DNA of 36,661 nucleotides. It comes from Verrucomicrobiota bacterium (GTDB taxonomy: Bacteria; Verrucomicrobiota; Verrucomicrobiia; Chthoniobacterales; JAFAMB01). Within the stretch, counting starts at the first letter, position 1, and every line of letters begins with the position of its first letter. The position numbers and the translations under genes are program-made. Below are positions 27,409 through 36,661 of the stretch, piece after piece. The DNA is taken from NCBI GenBank assembly GCA_019243005.1, contig JAFAUY010000287.1, positions 1 to 36,661 on the forward strand. The letters run 5' to 3'. The notes below the pieces were generated by a model that was given only the letters and a program-made list of their open reading frames with translations, was not told where the DNA came from and searched no databases.

Positions 27409-27864
27409 CTACCCCTGGGGCCCACCCCCCTCGGACGGTCCTGCCGGCTGGTTCAAGGCCTCCTCAAGCGCATGCCAGCTCAAGGTTGCGCATTTCAGAC
27501 GCTGCGGGAACCGTTTGACGCCCGCGAGCGCACGCAGGTTCCCCAGGGCCGGGCCGAGGTCATCCGGCCCGGTAAGAGAACGGATGAACTCGCGCTCGAG
27601 TCGAAGAGCTTCCCGCACCGGTTTACCCTTGATCTGGACCGTCATCAACGAGGCGGAGGCCATGCAGATCGCGCACGCCTGGCCCGTAAAGCGAAGTTCC
27701 TCGATCGTGTCATTTTGGCCTTTGCGCACGTAAAGGGTTATCTGGTCGCCGCAAGCAGGATTGTAACCTTCGCTTCTAACCGCCGGCGGAGCCAGTTCAC
27801 CGAAGTTTCGAGGTCGCCGCGCGTGATCCAGGATCATCGATTGGTAAAGCTCGTCGAGTTCCAT
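27409..27864 (-). CDS. sufU: SUF system NifU-like sulfur transfer protein
   Basis: LY...ILDH...PRN, NP.CGD, CAI..ASAS, FP.R.KCA.L.W. Confidence 0.9.
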   Translation of the reverse strand: MELDELYQSMILDHARRPRNFGELAPPAVRSEGYNPACGDQITLYVRKGQNDTIEELRFTGQACAICMASASLMTVQIKGKPVREALRLEREFIRSLTGPDDLGPALGNLRALAGVKRFPQRLKCATLSWHALEEALNQPAGPSEGGGPQG

Positions 27865-29106
27865 CTAAGCGCCGAAATAATCGGCGGCCGAACGCAAGGT
27901 GTTCAGCAGCCGGTCAATTTCCTCAGTTGTATTATAAAAGTAGAAACTCGCGCGGGCGGAAGCGCTCAAGCCGAGTTTCCGCATCAGGGGTTGAGTGCAG
28001 TGGTGTCCCCCTCGCAACGCCACGCCGAACTGATCCGCGTACGCCACCAGGTCATGGGCGTGGATACGCCCGAGTTGAAAACTGACGATCCCCGCCCGGT
28101 CCTGTCGGGGACCCAGGATGCGGATCCCGGGTAATTCCCGTAACCGTTCGTAGGCCAGGCGCCCAAGCAGGTGGTCGTTCGATTCGATGGCCGGGCGGCC
28201 AAGACGATCCAGGTAATCGAGCGCTTTAGCCAGGCCGATCGCGCCAGCGATGTGAGGGGTGCCGGCTTCAAACCGGTGCGGCGCCGGTTTCCATTCGGCC
28301 CGTTCGTACGTCACGCTGGAAATCATTTCGCCGCCGACCTGGTATGGTTCCATTTGCTCCAGGAGGTGCGATTTGCCGTAAAGCACCCCGATGCCGGTCG
28401 GGCCGCAGCATTTGTGACCGGAAAAGGCGAGGAAGTCGCAGTCGATCGCCTGGACATCCAACGGGCTGTGACCCGCGCTCTGGGCCGCATCGACCAGGGT
28501 GATGACGCCCACTTTTTTAGCGGCCTGGCAAATCCGGGCGATCGGGTTAACGCATCCGAGCGAGTTCGAAATGTGCGTGAACGCAAGGAATCGCACCGGT
28601 AACTCGTCAAGGAGCCTCTCAAGTCGATCCCAATCGACGCCGGCGCCATCCTCTCCGGTAACCGGCAGAAACTTCAATTGCGCGCCGGTCCGTTGCGCGG
28701 CGATCTGCCAGGGAATCAGGTTGGCGTGGTGTTCCATTTCGGTGGTGAGAATGACCTCTCCCGGCCGCAGCCTGGCCGTGACCCAGCTGGCCGCGACCAG
28801 GTTGATCGATTCCGTGGTTCCGCGGGTGAAGACGATTGAGGCGGGCTGGGCGGCGTTCAGAAACCGGGCTACGCGCGTCCGAGCGGCCTCATAAAGCTGC
28901 GTCGCCCGGGTGCTGAGCGCGTGCAGCCCGCGATGCACGTTGGCATGGTCCTCCCGGTAATACCGGCTGATCTCCTCGATCACACAACCCGGGCGCTGCG
29001 TCGAAGCGGCGTTATCGAGGTAGACCAGCGGGTGGCCGTTTACGCTTTGATGCAGGATTGGAAAGTCCTGGCGGGTACGATCTGAGAGAAACGCTCGGTT
29101 TACCAT
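27865..29106 (-). CDS. sufS: Class II cysteine desulfurase
   Basis: YLDNAAS, ANVHRG.H, FTRGTTE, EHHAN, SGHK, FEAGTP, RGGHHC.QP; start 29106 or 29145. Confidence 0.92.
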   Translation of the reverse strand: MVNRAFLSDRTRQDFPILHQSVNGHPLVYLDNAASTQRPGCVIEEISRYYREDHANVHRGLHALSTRATQLYEAARTRVARFLNAAQPASIVFTRGTTESINLVAASWVTARLRPGEVILTTEMEHHANLIPWQIAAQRTGAQLKFLPVTGEDGAGVDWDRLERLLDELPVRFLAFTHISNSLGCVNPIARICQAAKKVGVITLVDAAQSAGHSPLDVQAIDCDFLAFSGHKCCGPTGIGVLYGKSHLLEQMEPYQVGGEMISSVTYERAEWKPAPHRFEAGTPHIAGAIGLAKALDYLDRLGRPAIESNDHLLGRLAYERLRELPGIRILGPRQDRAGIVSFQLGRIHAHDLVAYADQFGVALRGGHHCTQPLMRKLGLSASARASFYFYNTTEEIDRLLNTLRSAADYFGA

Positions 29107-29189
29107 AGCCGCGTCCCAATCAGATGTAAGCACGATTTGAGGCACTCGTCGACTCCAGGCTCAACCGGGTAATCGCCGGCTGATTAAAA

Positions 29190-30281
29190 TCAGGAAAGCG
29201 AGCTGATGAGGTGACGCTTGATGCCCGGGCGCCAGGGACGGCTTCGGCGTGGCGCATCGATGGTGAATCGAGGAACCCGGATCCAGCCGGCTCGATCGAA
29301 GAACAGCGTGCGGCTCTGAGGTTTGACGAAAGCCCTTTGTAAAGGCGGCAGGTCCGGCAACCGGATAAAAAGGCTGCGGGCATCACGGGCCACCTGAACC
29401 TCGTGCAAGAGCGAGCCGGTAACCTCGTCCCGGAGAAAAGCGGGGCCACGCAGGCGCGGCACCGCCAGGCTCCAGCGCATCGATTCCAGCCCTTCGGTCT
29501 GCATCACCAGCAGCAGATCCAGCCGGTCACCGGCCAGCGTCTCCGTGGGAATTTCGATGACGAGCTCGCCGTTCTGGATGGAAACATTCCGAACCGGCGG
29601 CTGGAGGAGGAAATCGCTCAGTTCATCGTAAAAACATTCTTCGGGCTGCGCGTAAGCGGTGAAACGCCGCCGGCTTGCCGCCACCTGGGATTCATGGGCC
29701 AGAATGGCCGCCAATTTAGTTTTAACCTCATCGGGCGCCAGCCCCAGCGTATGCGCCGGTTCGGGCAGGGGCGCTTGTGCCCGATGGACCACGTAATTGA
29801 GCGTGGTGGGAGGCGGTTCCGGCAAGCTCGCGCAGGCCAGGGACAGAAGCACATGCAGTGCGCTGTGATCGGGATGCGCGTCCTCCGCGGCCGGTTGCAA
29901 TACCAGGGTCGGCTTCCACTCCAGGATCTGCTCGCGCAAAAGGTCAAAGGCCGGCCGGATGGCGCGCATCAGTAAACTGGTGATGCCCTGGTCCGGCAAA
30001 TCCCAGAATACCGCCTGATCTTCCGAGCCGCCTAAAACGCGGAGGGCCGCCAGCGCTTCTTTCTTGCGCCGTTCACCCCAGCGTTTACGATCAGCCAGAC
30101 CGATGCGCCAGCGCCGCTCGAACAAGCGTTGCGCCCAGGGGTTATTATCCCCACTGGTGGCATAAACGATACGGGTAGGCGTTCCTACCTGAAAAGCGCG
30201 TTGTAAAAATCCGCCCGCCGCTAACGACTCGTCGTCGGGGTGAGGTGCAAATACCAGAATTCGATCTTCTGCAGAAAACAT
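29190..30281 (-). CDS. PIG-L family deacetylase with C-terminal extension
   Basis: APHPDDE, R..EA..AL..LG, LPDQG, DAHPDH, H.SQ. Confidence 0.82.
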   Translation of the reverse strand: MFSAEDRILVFAPHPDDESLAAGGFLQRAFQVGTPTRIVYATSGDNNPWAQRLFERRWRIGLADRKRWGERRKKEALAALRVLGGSEDQAVFWDLPDQGITSLLMRAIRPAFDLLREQILEWKPTLVLQPAAEDAHPDHSALHVLLSLACASLPEPPPTTLNYVVHRAQAPLPEPAHTLGLAPDEVKTKLAAILAHESQVAASRRRFTAYAQPEECFYDELSDFLLQPPVRNVSIQNGELVIEIPTETLAGDRLDLLLVMQTEGLESMRWSLAVPRLRGPAFLRDEVTGSLLHEVQVARDARSLFIRLPDLPPLQRAFVKPQSRTLFFDRAGWIRVPRFTIDAPRRSRPWRPGIKRHLISSLS

Positions 30282-30534
30282 GTTGGCGATTGAGAAGCAG
30301 CCGGAAGGACCGGTCGGGGGCATGACGGACCCCCTGGACTTCCGGTCACTCGCTCGGCTCCTGCCGAAGGACGCCGGAAGTCTCGCACGCTGGGGCGCTC
30401 TGGTACTTGACATGGGTTGCCAAGATTATGCAAATCATTTCAACTGCAACCACAAACTACACGGTCATCGCTCGCGCGTTGTTGCATTCTGTCAACGCCG
30501 AAGCATCCTGCAGCAAGGAACAAATTAGCAGATT

Positions 30535-31758
30535 GTGAGTTTAACGGCGCAAACGGATCACCTCGGGATCACTCTGGGACCAATTCATGACCTCGCTCAC
30601 GAGGCGAGTTGGACAGGGCGTACTTCGGTCGGTCAAGCATGGGTATTCGATTCGGCGGCTAAAATCGATCCGCGGCTTTGGCGCGGCGCGTTCCGGCAGC
30701 ACGTCCGCGACGCTCGCTTTTATGAAGTGACTGAGCACACGCTGAAAGGCCAGTTCAGCCAACGTTATTTTGTTCTGCGCAACGAGGCGAGCGGCGCGAC
30801 CGCCGTGCAGCCTTTTTTCTTCGTTAGCCAGGATCTCACGGCGGGGTTGCCGTCATCCGTGCGCCAGTGGGTGGGGGCCCTGCGACGGCGGTGGCCGAAG
30901 CTCCTTTTCCTGACCATCCTGATGGTGGGAAGCCCGGCAGGCGAGGGACAACTTGACTTGCGCGAGGCGTGGGTCTGCCGGGCCTTGCGCGAAGTCCTGG
31001 CGGCCTACGAAAAAGTGGCGCGCCCGTCCATGGTGATGCTCAAAGACTTTCCGTCCGAGTACCGCCTGCTGTTTGGCGAATTCATCAAACACGGGTTCGC
31101 CCGGATGCCGGGGCTGCCCTCTGCGCAACTCGAGTTGGACTTCGCCAGCTTCGAGGAATACATGCAGACGAAGCTAAGCAAGGTTTTTCGAAAGAGCCTT
31201 CGGCGAAAGTTCAAGGTGCTCAGCCAGTACCCGCCGATCACGATGGAGGTGGTGTCCGATATCACGCCCTACATCGACGAGATTCTGCCACTTTACCTGC
31301 AGGTCTACCAACGCGCCAGGCTGAGTTTCGAGGTGCTTAACCGCGACTATTTTCTGATGCTAAGCGCCTTACTGCCGGACAAGGTCCGTTACTTTCTTTG
31401 GCGACAGGAAGGCCGGATCATCGCGTTTAACCTCTGTCTGCTGCACGACGGTACGCTCTACGATCTCGACGTCGGTTTTGATTATTCTCTGGCCCTGGAC
31501 CTGCACCTCTACTTTGTGACCTGGCGCGACGTGATCCAGTGGTGCCTGCAGCACGGCCTCCATACCTACCATGCCGGACCGTTGAACTACGATCCGAAAC
31601 TGCATTTACGGCTCGCGTTGCTCGCGCAGGACGTCTATGCGCGCCATCCTTCGAAGCCGCTGAACCTGCTGCTTCGGATTGCCATGGATTACCTGGGCCC
31701 GGTTCGGTACGAGCCGTTGCTCCGGAAATTCCCGAACTACGCCGAACTGTTTGAGTGA
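30535..31758 (+). CDS. GNAT/FemAB-like acyltransferase
   Basis: MVGSPAGEG, KDFP, F.SFEEY...L....RK.LRRK, LY.QVY, GFDY..A....LYF, Y.PK..L. Confidence 0.75.
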   Translation: MSLTAQTDHLGITLGPIHDLAHEASWTGRTSVGQAWVFDSAAKIDPRLWRGAFRQHVRDARFYEVTEHTLKGQFSQRYFVLRNEASGATAVQPFFFVSQDLTAGLPSSVRQWVGALRRRWPKLLFLTILMVGSPAGEGQLDLREAWVCRALREVLAAYEKVARPSMVMLKDFPSEYRLLFGEFIKHGFARMPGLPSAQLELDFASFEEYMQTKLSKVFRKSLRRKFKVLSQYPPITMEVVSDITPYIDEILPLYLQVYQRARLSFEVLNRDYFLMLSALLPDKVRYFLWRQEGRIIAFNLCLLHDGTLYDLDVGFDYSLALDLHLYFVTWRDVIQWCLQHGLHTYHAGPLNYDPKLHLRLALLAQDVYARHPSKPLNLLLRIAMDYLGPVRYEPLLRKFPNYAELFE

Positions 31759-31853
31759 TATAGAGCCGGCTTTGCCCCGGCGCAGCAAGCAACCAACGAC
31801 CGCGCTCAGGCAAATAAATTCCAAGCCGGCGTAGGGGCAAGCGCTTAACCCCC

Positions 31854-32759
31854 TTAGGACGAAGCTTCGGGCACCCGGGTTGGTCCCTTCATCGTTACGC
31901 CAGGCTTCGCCTTCGGCAGGTCCGGATCCATAAAGCCGAGGGCGTGCGGTGGTTTGATGATGCGGACGCCCGCGGCCCGTTGCTGTTCACGGATCTTCAA
32001 ATGCAATTCATGCATCTTGGTCCAGTGCACCTTGGGCTTGAAATGGTGTTCGGCATGGTAACCGTTGTTAAACCAAAGCACGTTGTAAAGCTTATTGTAA
32101 CTGCTTACGCCCCAGGCAAGTGGGACGTCCGGATTGCCGCCGTAATGAAGAAAGTACCCATTCAGGTAAGAAAGGCAGTGACCGAGGTAATAAAACGGCA
32201 GGTAAAAAACCATGAACTTCCAGTTCAGGAAAAACGCGAGTAAGCACAAAGAGGCCCAGGACGCAATTTCAAAGACCGCGAAATAAGCGGTGAACGGACG
32301 GCGCTTTTTCAGGTCCTGGAAGATCGGCATCGGATCGTCGCGGAAATAGCTCAGGAAGGTGTACGCCCATGGATTTTCCGGCTCCCCTTCGTGACCGTGC
32401 CGGTAGATGGAGAGCAGATCAACGGTTTCGCCCCGCTCGTCGGGCCGGTCACTGTTGCCTTGGTGGTGCTTGTTATGGAACACCTCATAAAACTGTTGGG
32501 AAAATCCGACCGTCACCGACAGCAGCCAGCAGAACGCCCAATTCAATGGCTTCCACGAAAAGTAGGGGTTGTGGATCAGGTTATGGGCGATCCCGTTGAT
32601 GTTCCAGGAAATGCTTACCGAATAGATGAAGCCCGTGATCAGCAGAATCCACCAGGGCGTGTACGGAAACACCACGAACATCGTGATCAGATAAGCGGTG
32701 TGCAGCAACTGCGCGGTTACCGGTATCCAATCGTTTGACGAGTGGGCCAAAATCTTCAT
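31854..32759 (-). CDS. Membrane fatty acid desaturase/hydroxylase family protein
   Basis: Three His boxes HNLIH, HNKHH and HAEHH with TM helices. Confidence 0.85.
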   Translation of the reverse strand: MKILAHSSNDWIPVTAQLLHTAYLITMFVVFPYTPWWILLITGFIYSVSISWNINGIAHNLIHNPYFSWKPLNWAFCWLLSVTVGFSQQFYEVFHNKHHQGNSDRPDERGETVDLLSIYRHGHEGEPENPWAYTFLSYFRDDPMPIFQDLKKRRPFTAYFAVFEIASWASLCLLAFFLNWKFMVFYLPFYYLGHCLSYLNGYFLHYGGNPDVPLAWGVSSYNKLYNVLWFNNGYHAEHHFKPKVHWTKMHELHLKIREQQRAAGVRIIKPPHALGFMDPDLPKAKPGVTMKGPTRVPEASS

Positions 32760-32869
32760 ATCCGAATTGACACCCTAAATTGAAACACGAACACTTGCAA
32801 CGGCCACATAAAAAACTTTCTACTCTAGCAGTGTCGAAGCCATCCTTAGTTACGCCGGGACCAGCACCC

Positions 32870-33283
32870 ATGATCGCCTCGGGCCAAGCGCCAAAACCCC
32901 GACCGCCCTGGTTTTTTCATCCTCTGCTCCAGCTCTGCATCAGCGTCGGGCTCTCTTCGGCCAGCCAGATCCTCTTCAAGGTGGCGACCAATGCCGGTGA
33001 CGACAAGCATGCCATTAATCCGCAGCTGTTCACCTCCTGGGCGCTCTGGGGTGGCATTGTCGCCTCCCTGACCAGCTTGGTGAGCTGGCTCTACGCGCTG
33101 CGGTCCGTCCCGCTGGTCATTGCTTTTAACTTGGCGGCCGTGACTTACATCCTCATTCCGCTCGGTTCCTGGGTTTTTCTCGGTGAACAAGTGCCTCCCA
33201 TCCGCTGGTTGGGCATCGCCCTGGTGACCCTTGGCGTTCTCGTGATCGCCCGGCCGCTTTCCCATATGGAGGAACGCCTGTGA
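32870..33283 (+). CDS. Small DMT/EamA (ArnE/ArnF-like) membrane protein
   Basis: Four TM helices, SQILFK, WLYALR.VPL..AF, LGE......W.GI; start uncertain. Confidence 0.75.
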   Translation: MIASGQAPKPRPPWFFHPLLQLCISVGLSSASQILFKVATNAGDDKHAINPQLFTSWALWGGIVASLTSLVSWLYALRSVPLVIAFNLAAVTYILIPLGSWVFLGEQVPPIRWLGIALVTLGVLVIARPLSHMEERL

Positions 33284-33621
33284 CCCTAGCGTATTTTCTC
33301 TTGCTGATACTCGTGGAGACCTGCGCCGTCGCCGGCCAGATCTTTTTCAAACACGCGATGGGCGGAGAAGGGACGCCGCAACGCAAGTGGCGCCGGCCGG
33401 CCGGGATCACGGCCGGGGTGATGGCCATGACGATTGCGTTTTTCGTCTGGCTTGGCCTGCTCAAACGTTTTGAGCTCAGTTACCTCTATCCTTTCGAAGG
33501 TTTTGACCGCATCATCCTGGTCTTCGCCGCGTCGGCTTTCCTGAAGGAACGGATGACGCGGGGCCTTTGGGCCGGGGTGCTCCTGATCGTCGCCGGATCG
33601 ATCCTGGTGTCGCTGAGCTAA
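33280..33621 (+). CDS. Small DMT/EamA (ArnE/ArnF-like) membrane protein
   Basis: Four TM helices, GQIFFK, LSYLYPF, FLKE......W.GV.LI..G; GTGA overlap with the previous gene. Confidence 0.78.
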   Translation: MTLAYFLLLILVETCAVAGQIFFKHAMGGEGTPQRKWRRPAGITAGVMAMTIAFFVWLGLLKRFELSYLYPFEGFDRIILVFAASAFLKERMTRGLWAGVLLIVAGSILVSLS

Positions 33622-33624
33622 GCG

Positions 33625-33790
33625 CGGGCACGGCGAGCGGGCGGGCACGGCGATTCGGCGGGCACCGCCTGGGAGGTTCACGCGGCGAGCGCGGCGGATC
33701 CACGGATAGAAAAATCCCATCATCCGCAGACCACGCAGAGAACGCAGAAAAGAGAAAACGTCCACCGATTACGCAGATTACACCGATTGA
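33625..33790 (-). repeat. Inverted copy of the intergenic composite repeat at ~24975-25145
   Basis: atccgcagaccacgcaga is the reverse complement of tctgcgtggtctgcggat; nonamers accacgcag/agaacgcag/attacgcag; gcgggcacggcga x2. Confidence 0.7.
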
Positions 33791-33882
33791 GGTCAGACCG
33801 GCGGGACGAGGCCCTCCCGGCTTGACACCGGCAACTCGCCCCTACGATCGCGCCCATTACCCCTTACCCGCCACCGGCTTGT

Positions 33883-34746
33883 ATGGAAGCGCCTTTTACC
33901 CGCTTTATCGACCTCGACGGCGCCTGGCCCGCTGACATTCTCGGTGCCGGGAACTACCTGGACCGCCACGCTTGGGGACCTCGAGTCCGTTATTGCGCGC
34001 CGGCCCGGGAGATTGAAGCATTCTGGGCGGAAACTTCGGCTTCGGTCGCGCCTTTCACCCTGTACGGCTCGGGCGATTATCATCATTTATCCGCCTTATG
34101 GCTCCGCCAATTGAGCGAGCCATTCACGCTCGTCTCATTCGACAATCATCCGGACTGGGATACCCGGCCGCCGGCCTGGTGCTGCGGCACCTGGCTGAAC
34201 CAGGCTTTTAAGCAGCGGCAACTTGAGGCGGTGGTCGTCTGGGGTTGCGCCAACTTTGAGCTGAATCCGCCGCACCGGTGGTTCGGCAACCAGAAAGCCG
34301 TTGCATCCGGCCGGTTGATCCTCATGCCCTGGCGGGATCGTTTCGGCCGTTCCGCCCAACGGCGCTATCCCGGGATCGTGGCGGGCACTTGGCGCGCAGA
34401 ATTTACCCGCTTACTCGGGCAGATGCGTGATCGCACCGTTTACGTCACGATCGACATGGATTGCCTGCGGCCCGGCGACGCGGTGACCGATTGGGAACAA
34501 GGCTTGTTCACGGTTGAGGACGTTGCCTGGGCGCTGAATGAACTCCGGCGTGAAACCCGGGTCATTGGCGGCGACCTTTGCGGTGCGCACTCGCCGGCCA
34601 GCTACGCCCGCTGGACTCAACGTAAAAACGCGACCATGGATCACCCGAAAAAGCCGCCGGTGGACCGGCAGACGGCGTTACGGACCAACCTGCGGGCGTT
34701 TCATCGGATCTGGCCGGCGCTCACCGGCCGATCCGGTAACGCGTAA
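33883..34746 (+). CDS. Arginase/ureohydrolase-fold protein (divergent)
   Basis: GSGDYHH, FDNHPD and TIDMDCL metal-ligand motifs. Confidence 0.75.
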   Translation: MEAPFTRFIDLDGAWPADILGAGNYLDRHAWGPRVRYCAPAREIEAFWAETSASVAPFTLYGSGDYHHLSALWLRQLSEPFTLVSFDNHPDWDTRPPAWCCGTWLNQAFKQRQLEAVVVWGCANFELNPPHRWFGNQKAVASGRLILMPWRDRFGRSAQRRYPGIVAGTWRAEFTRLLGQMRDRTVYVTIDMDCLRPGDAVTDWEQGLFTVEDVAWALNELRRETRVIGGDLCGAHSPASYARWTQRKNATMDHPKKPPVDRQTALRTNLRAFHRIWPALTGRSGNA

Positions 34747-35023
34747 CGGGTGCCGGGTTCGGAGTGCGGGCTCGCTATGCCCGCCGTGTGGCCGTGTGAA
34801 TCCTGTCGTTGTGCCCGCCGGGTGAGGCTATTTTTCCGCCGGTAACGGGTTGTGCATTGCTCCTCGGCGGGTACCTTTTATTCGCCATGCCTTTTCCCTG
34901 GGATTTGCTAACGGTTAGTGAAGGCACGGCCCGTTTGGTCGGCAGTTCCGATACCCCACAACAACAGAAAAATTTTGACGCGACCCAGTTCCAGCTGGCG
35001 TCGGTCGATTAACACCTCGCTCT

Positions 35024-36661
35024 ATGAATCCGAAAGACATGCTTCGCGAATTGCGGCTCAGCGGCGGCAAGGTTTATCGCTACTATTCGCTCCCGGCGCT
35101 TGAGGAGGCCGGCATCGGGCCGATCCCACGGCTGCCCGTTAGTGTCCGCATTGTGCTTGAATCGGTGTTGCGAAACTGCGACGGAAAGAAGGTTTCCGAG
35201 CAGGATGTGGTTTCGCTGGCGAATTGGAACGCGAAACACCCGGCGAACGAGGAGATTCCGTTCGTGGTCGCGCGGATCGTGCTGCAGGATTTCACCGGGG
35301 TGCCGTTACTGGTGGACCTGGCGGCCATGCGCTCGGCGGTCAGCCGGTTACAGCGGGACCCGCGGATGATTGAACCGTTGGTGCCGGTCGACCTGGTGGT
35401 GGATCACTCCGTGCAGGTGGATTTTGCCGGGACGCCGGAAGCCCTGGCGCTCAATCTCGACATGGAATTCAAGCGCAACCGGGAGCGCTACCAGCTTCTG
35501 AAGTGGGGACAACAAGCCTTCAAGACGTTCGGAGTCGTTCCGCCGGGCATCGGCATCGTGCACCAGGTTAACCTGGAGTACCTTGCCAAAGGCGTACTCA
35601 CGAAGAGCATGCCCGAGGGCGAGGTCGCCTACCCGGATACGCTGGTGGGAACCGACTCGCATACGACGATGATCAACGGCCTGGGCGTGGTCGGCTGGGG
35701 CGTCGGCGGCATCGAGGCGGAAGCGGGCATGCTCGGGCAGCCGGTTTATTTTCTTACGCCGGAAGTCGTCGGCGTTCACCTGACGGGCACCCTCGGGGAA
35801 GGCGTCACCGCGACCGACCTTGTCCTGCGGGTCACCGAGATGCTCCGCAAACAAAAGGTGGTCGGCAAGTTTGTCGAGTTCTTCGGCGAAGGCGCCGCCG
35901 CGCTTGCAGTGGTCGATCGGGCCACGATCGGGAACATGGCTCCCGAATACGGCGCGACGATGGGGTTTTTCGGGGTCGACGAGCAGACGCTTTCCTATCT
36001 GCGCGGCACGGGCCGGAGCGATGAACTTTGCGAGCTGTTTCAGAAGTATTATACGGCTCAAGGCCTCTGGGGCATACCGCGCAAGGGGCAGGTGGATTAC
36101 AGCGTCGAACTTGAACTGGATCTCGGCAGCATCGTGCCGGGCGTGGCCGGTCCGAAACGGCCCCAGGACCGCATCAATCTCCCTGAGCTTAAGCAGACGT
36201 TTGAGAACCTCCTGGAAAAACCTCTGACGGAGGGCGGCTACGGGAAAAAGATCAGTGACTTGAGCTTCCGGGTGCCGGTGCACATGAACGGGTCCGGTCC
36301 CGGCGCTGATGCGCATTTGCCGTCCACCGACACGGACACCCCCCTCCACCCGCCGGAGGGCGCGCCGAAAAACTACGGGGAAATGGTTCAGAATCGTCCG
36401 GCGCCGCACCAGGTCGGCGATCCAACTACGGGACACCGCCCGGCGGACACGGAAGTCGGGCACGGCAGCGTTTTGATCGCGGCCATTACCAGTTGCACCA
36501 ACACCAGCAACCCGAGCGTGATGCTGGGGGCCGGGCTCCTGGCCAAAAAAGCCGTTGAACGCGGGCTCAAGGTTGACCCGAGGGTCAAGACGTCGCTCGC
36601 CCCCGGTTCGCGGGTCGTGACCGATTACCTGAATAAGACGGGCTTGCAGCCGTACCTCGAT
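35024..36661 (+). CDS. acnA: Aconitate hydratase A (partial, runs off the 3' end of the window)
   Basis: Absent from the ORF track; manual translation gives [67 protein letters not shown]. Confidence 0.95.
   Translation, partial: MNPKDMLRELRLSGGKVYRYYSLPALEEAGIGPIPRLPVSVRIVLESVLRNCDGKKVSEQDVVSLANWNAKHPANEEIPFVVARIVLQDFTGVPLLVDLAAMRSAVSRLQRDPRMIEPLVPVDLVVDHSVQVDFAGTPEALALNLDMEFKRNRERYQLLKWGQQAFKTFGVVPPGIGIVHQVNLEYLAKGVLTKSMPEGEVAYPDTLVGTDSHTTMINGLGVVGWGVGGIEAEAGMLGQPVYFLTPEVVGVHLTGTLGEGVTATDLVLRVTEMLRKQKVVGKFVEFFGEGAAALAVVDRATIGNMAPEYGATMGFFGVDEQTLSYLRGTGRSDELCELFQKYYTAQGLWGIPRKGQVDYSVELELDLGSIVPGVAGPKRPQDRINLPELKQTFENLLEKPLTEGGYGKKISDLSFRVPVHMNGSGPGADAHLPSTDTDTPLHPPEGAPKNYGEMVQNRPAPHQVGDPTTGHRPADTEVGHGSVLIAAITSCTNTSNPSVMLGAGLLAKKAVERGLKVDPRVKTSLAPGSRVVTDYLNKTGLQPYLD

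Noticed and set aside
35348-36463. 371-aa minus-strand ORF
   Set aside because: Antisense shadow of acnA, which occupies the plus strand.

Overview
Bacterial chromosomal window, GC-rich by eye. Gene content resembles Verrucomicrobia-type soil bacteria; this is an inference only. Bases ~276-21831 form an exopolysaccharide/cell-surface locus: lhgO, a PIG-L deacetylase, an ElyC/DUF218 protein, a Wza-like export lipoprotein, an FN3/Ig protein, a GT2 and an exosortase-EpsI fusion. It carries a rich tailoring set: an ATP-grasp ligase, a flavoprotein, two near-duplicate polysaccharide-deacetylase-like genes, a FemAB-like GNAT and a formyltransferase. Between the duplicates lie an Rrf2 regulator and a GNAT-like/LLM monooxygenase/stand-alone adenylation enzyme/carrier protein operon. 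Next come sulfur-related genes (degenerate M14-like protein, SulP, sufS-sufU), a putative membrane-lipid modification cluster (PIG-L, GNAT, desaturase, two small EamA/SMR proteins, arginase-like) and the 5' part of aconitase acnA. Non-coding features include a candidate Rrf2 operator at two or three sites and a dispersed nonamer-based intergenic repeat family, one copy with a nested palindromic insert. The best candidate for an undescribed system is a Dlt-like, carrier-protein-dependent pathway that lacks DltB/DltD in this window and may oxidise and formylate an amino acid before transferring it to a surface glycan.
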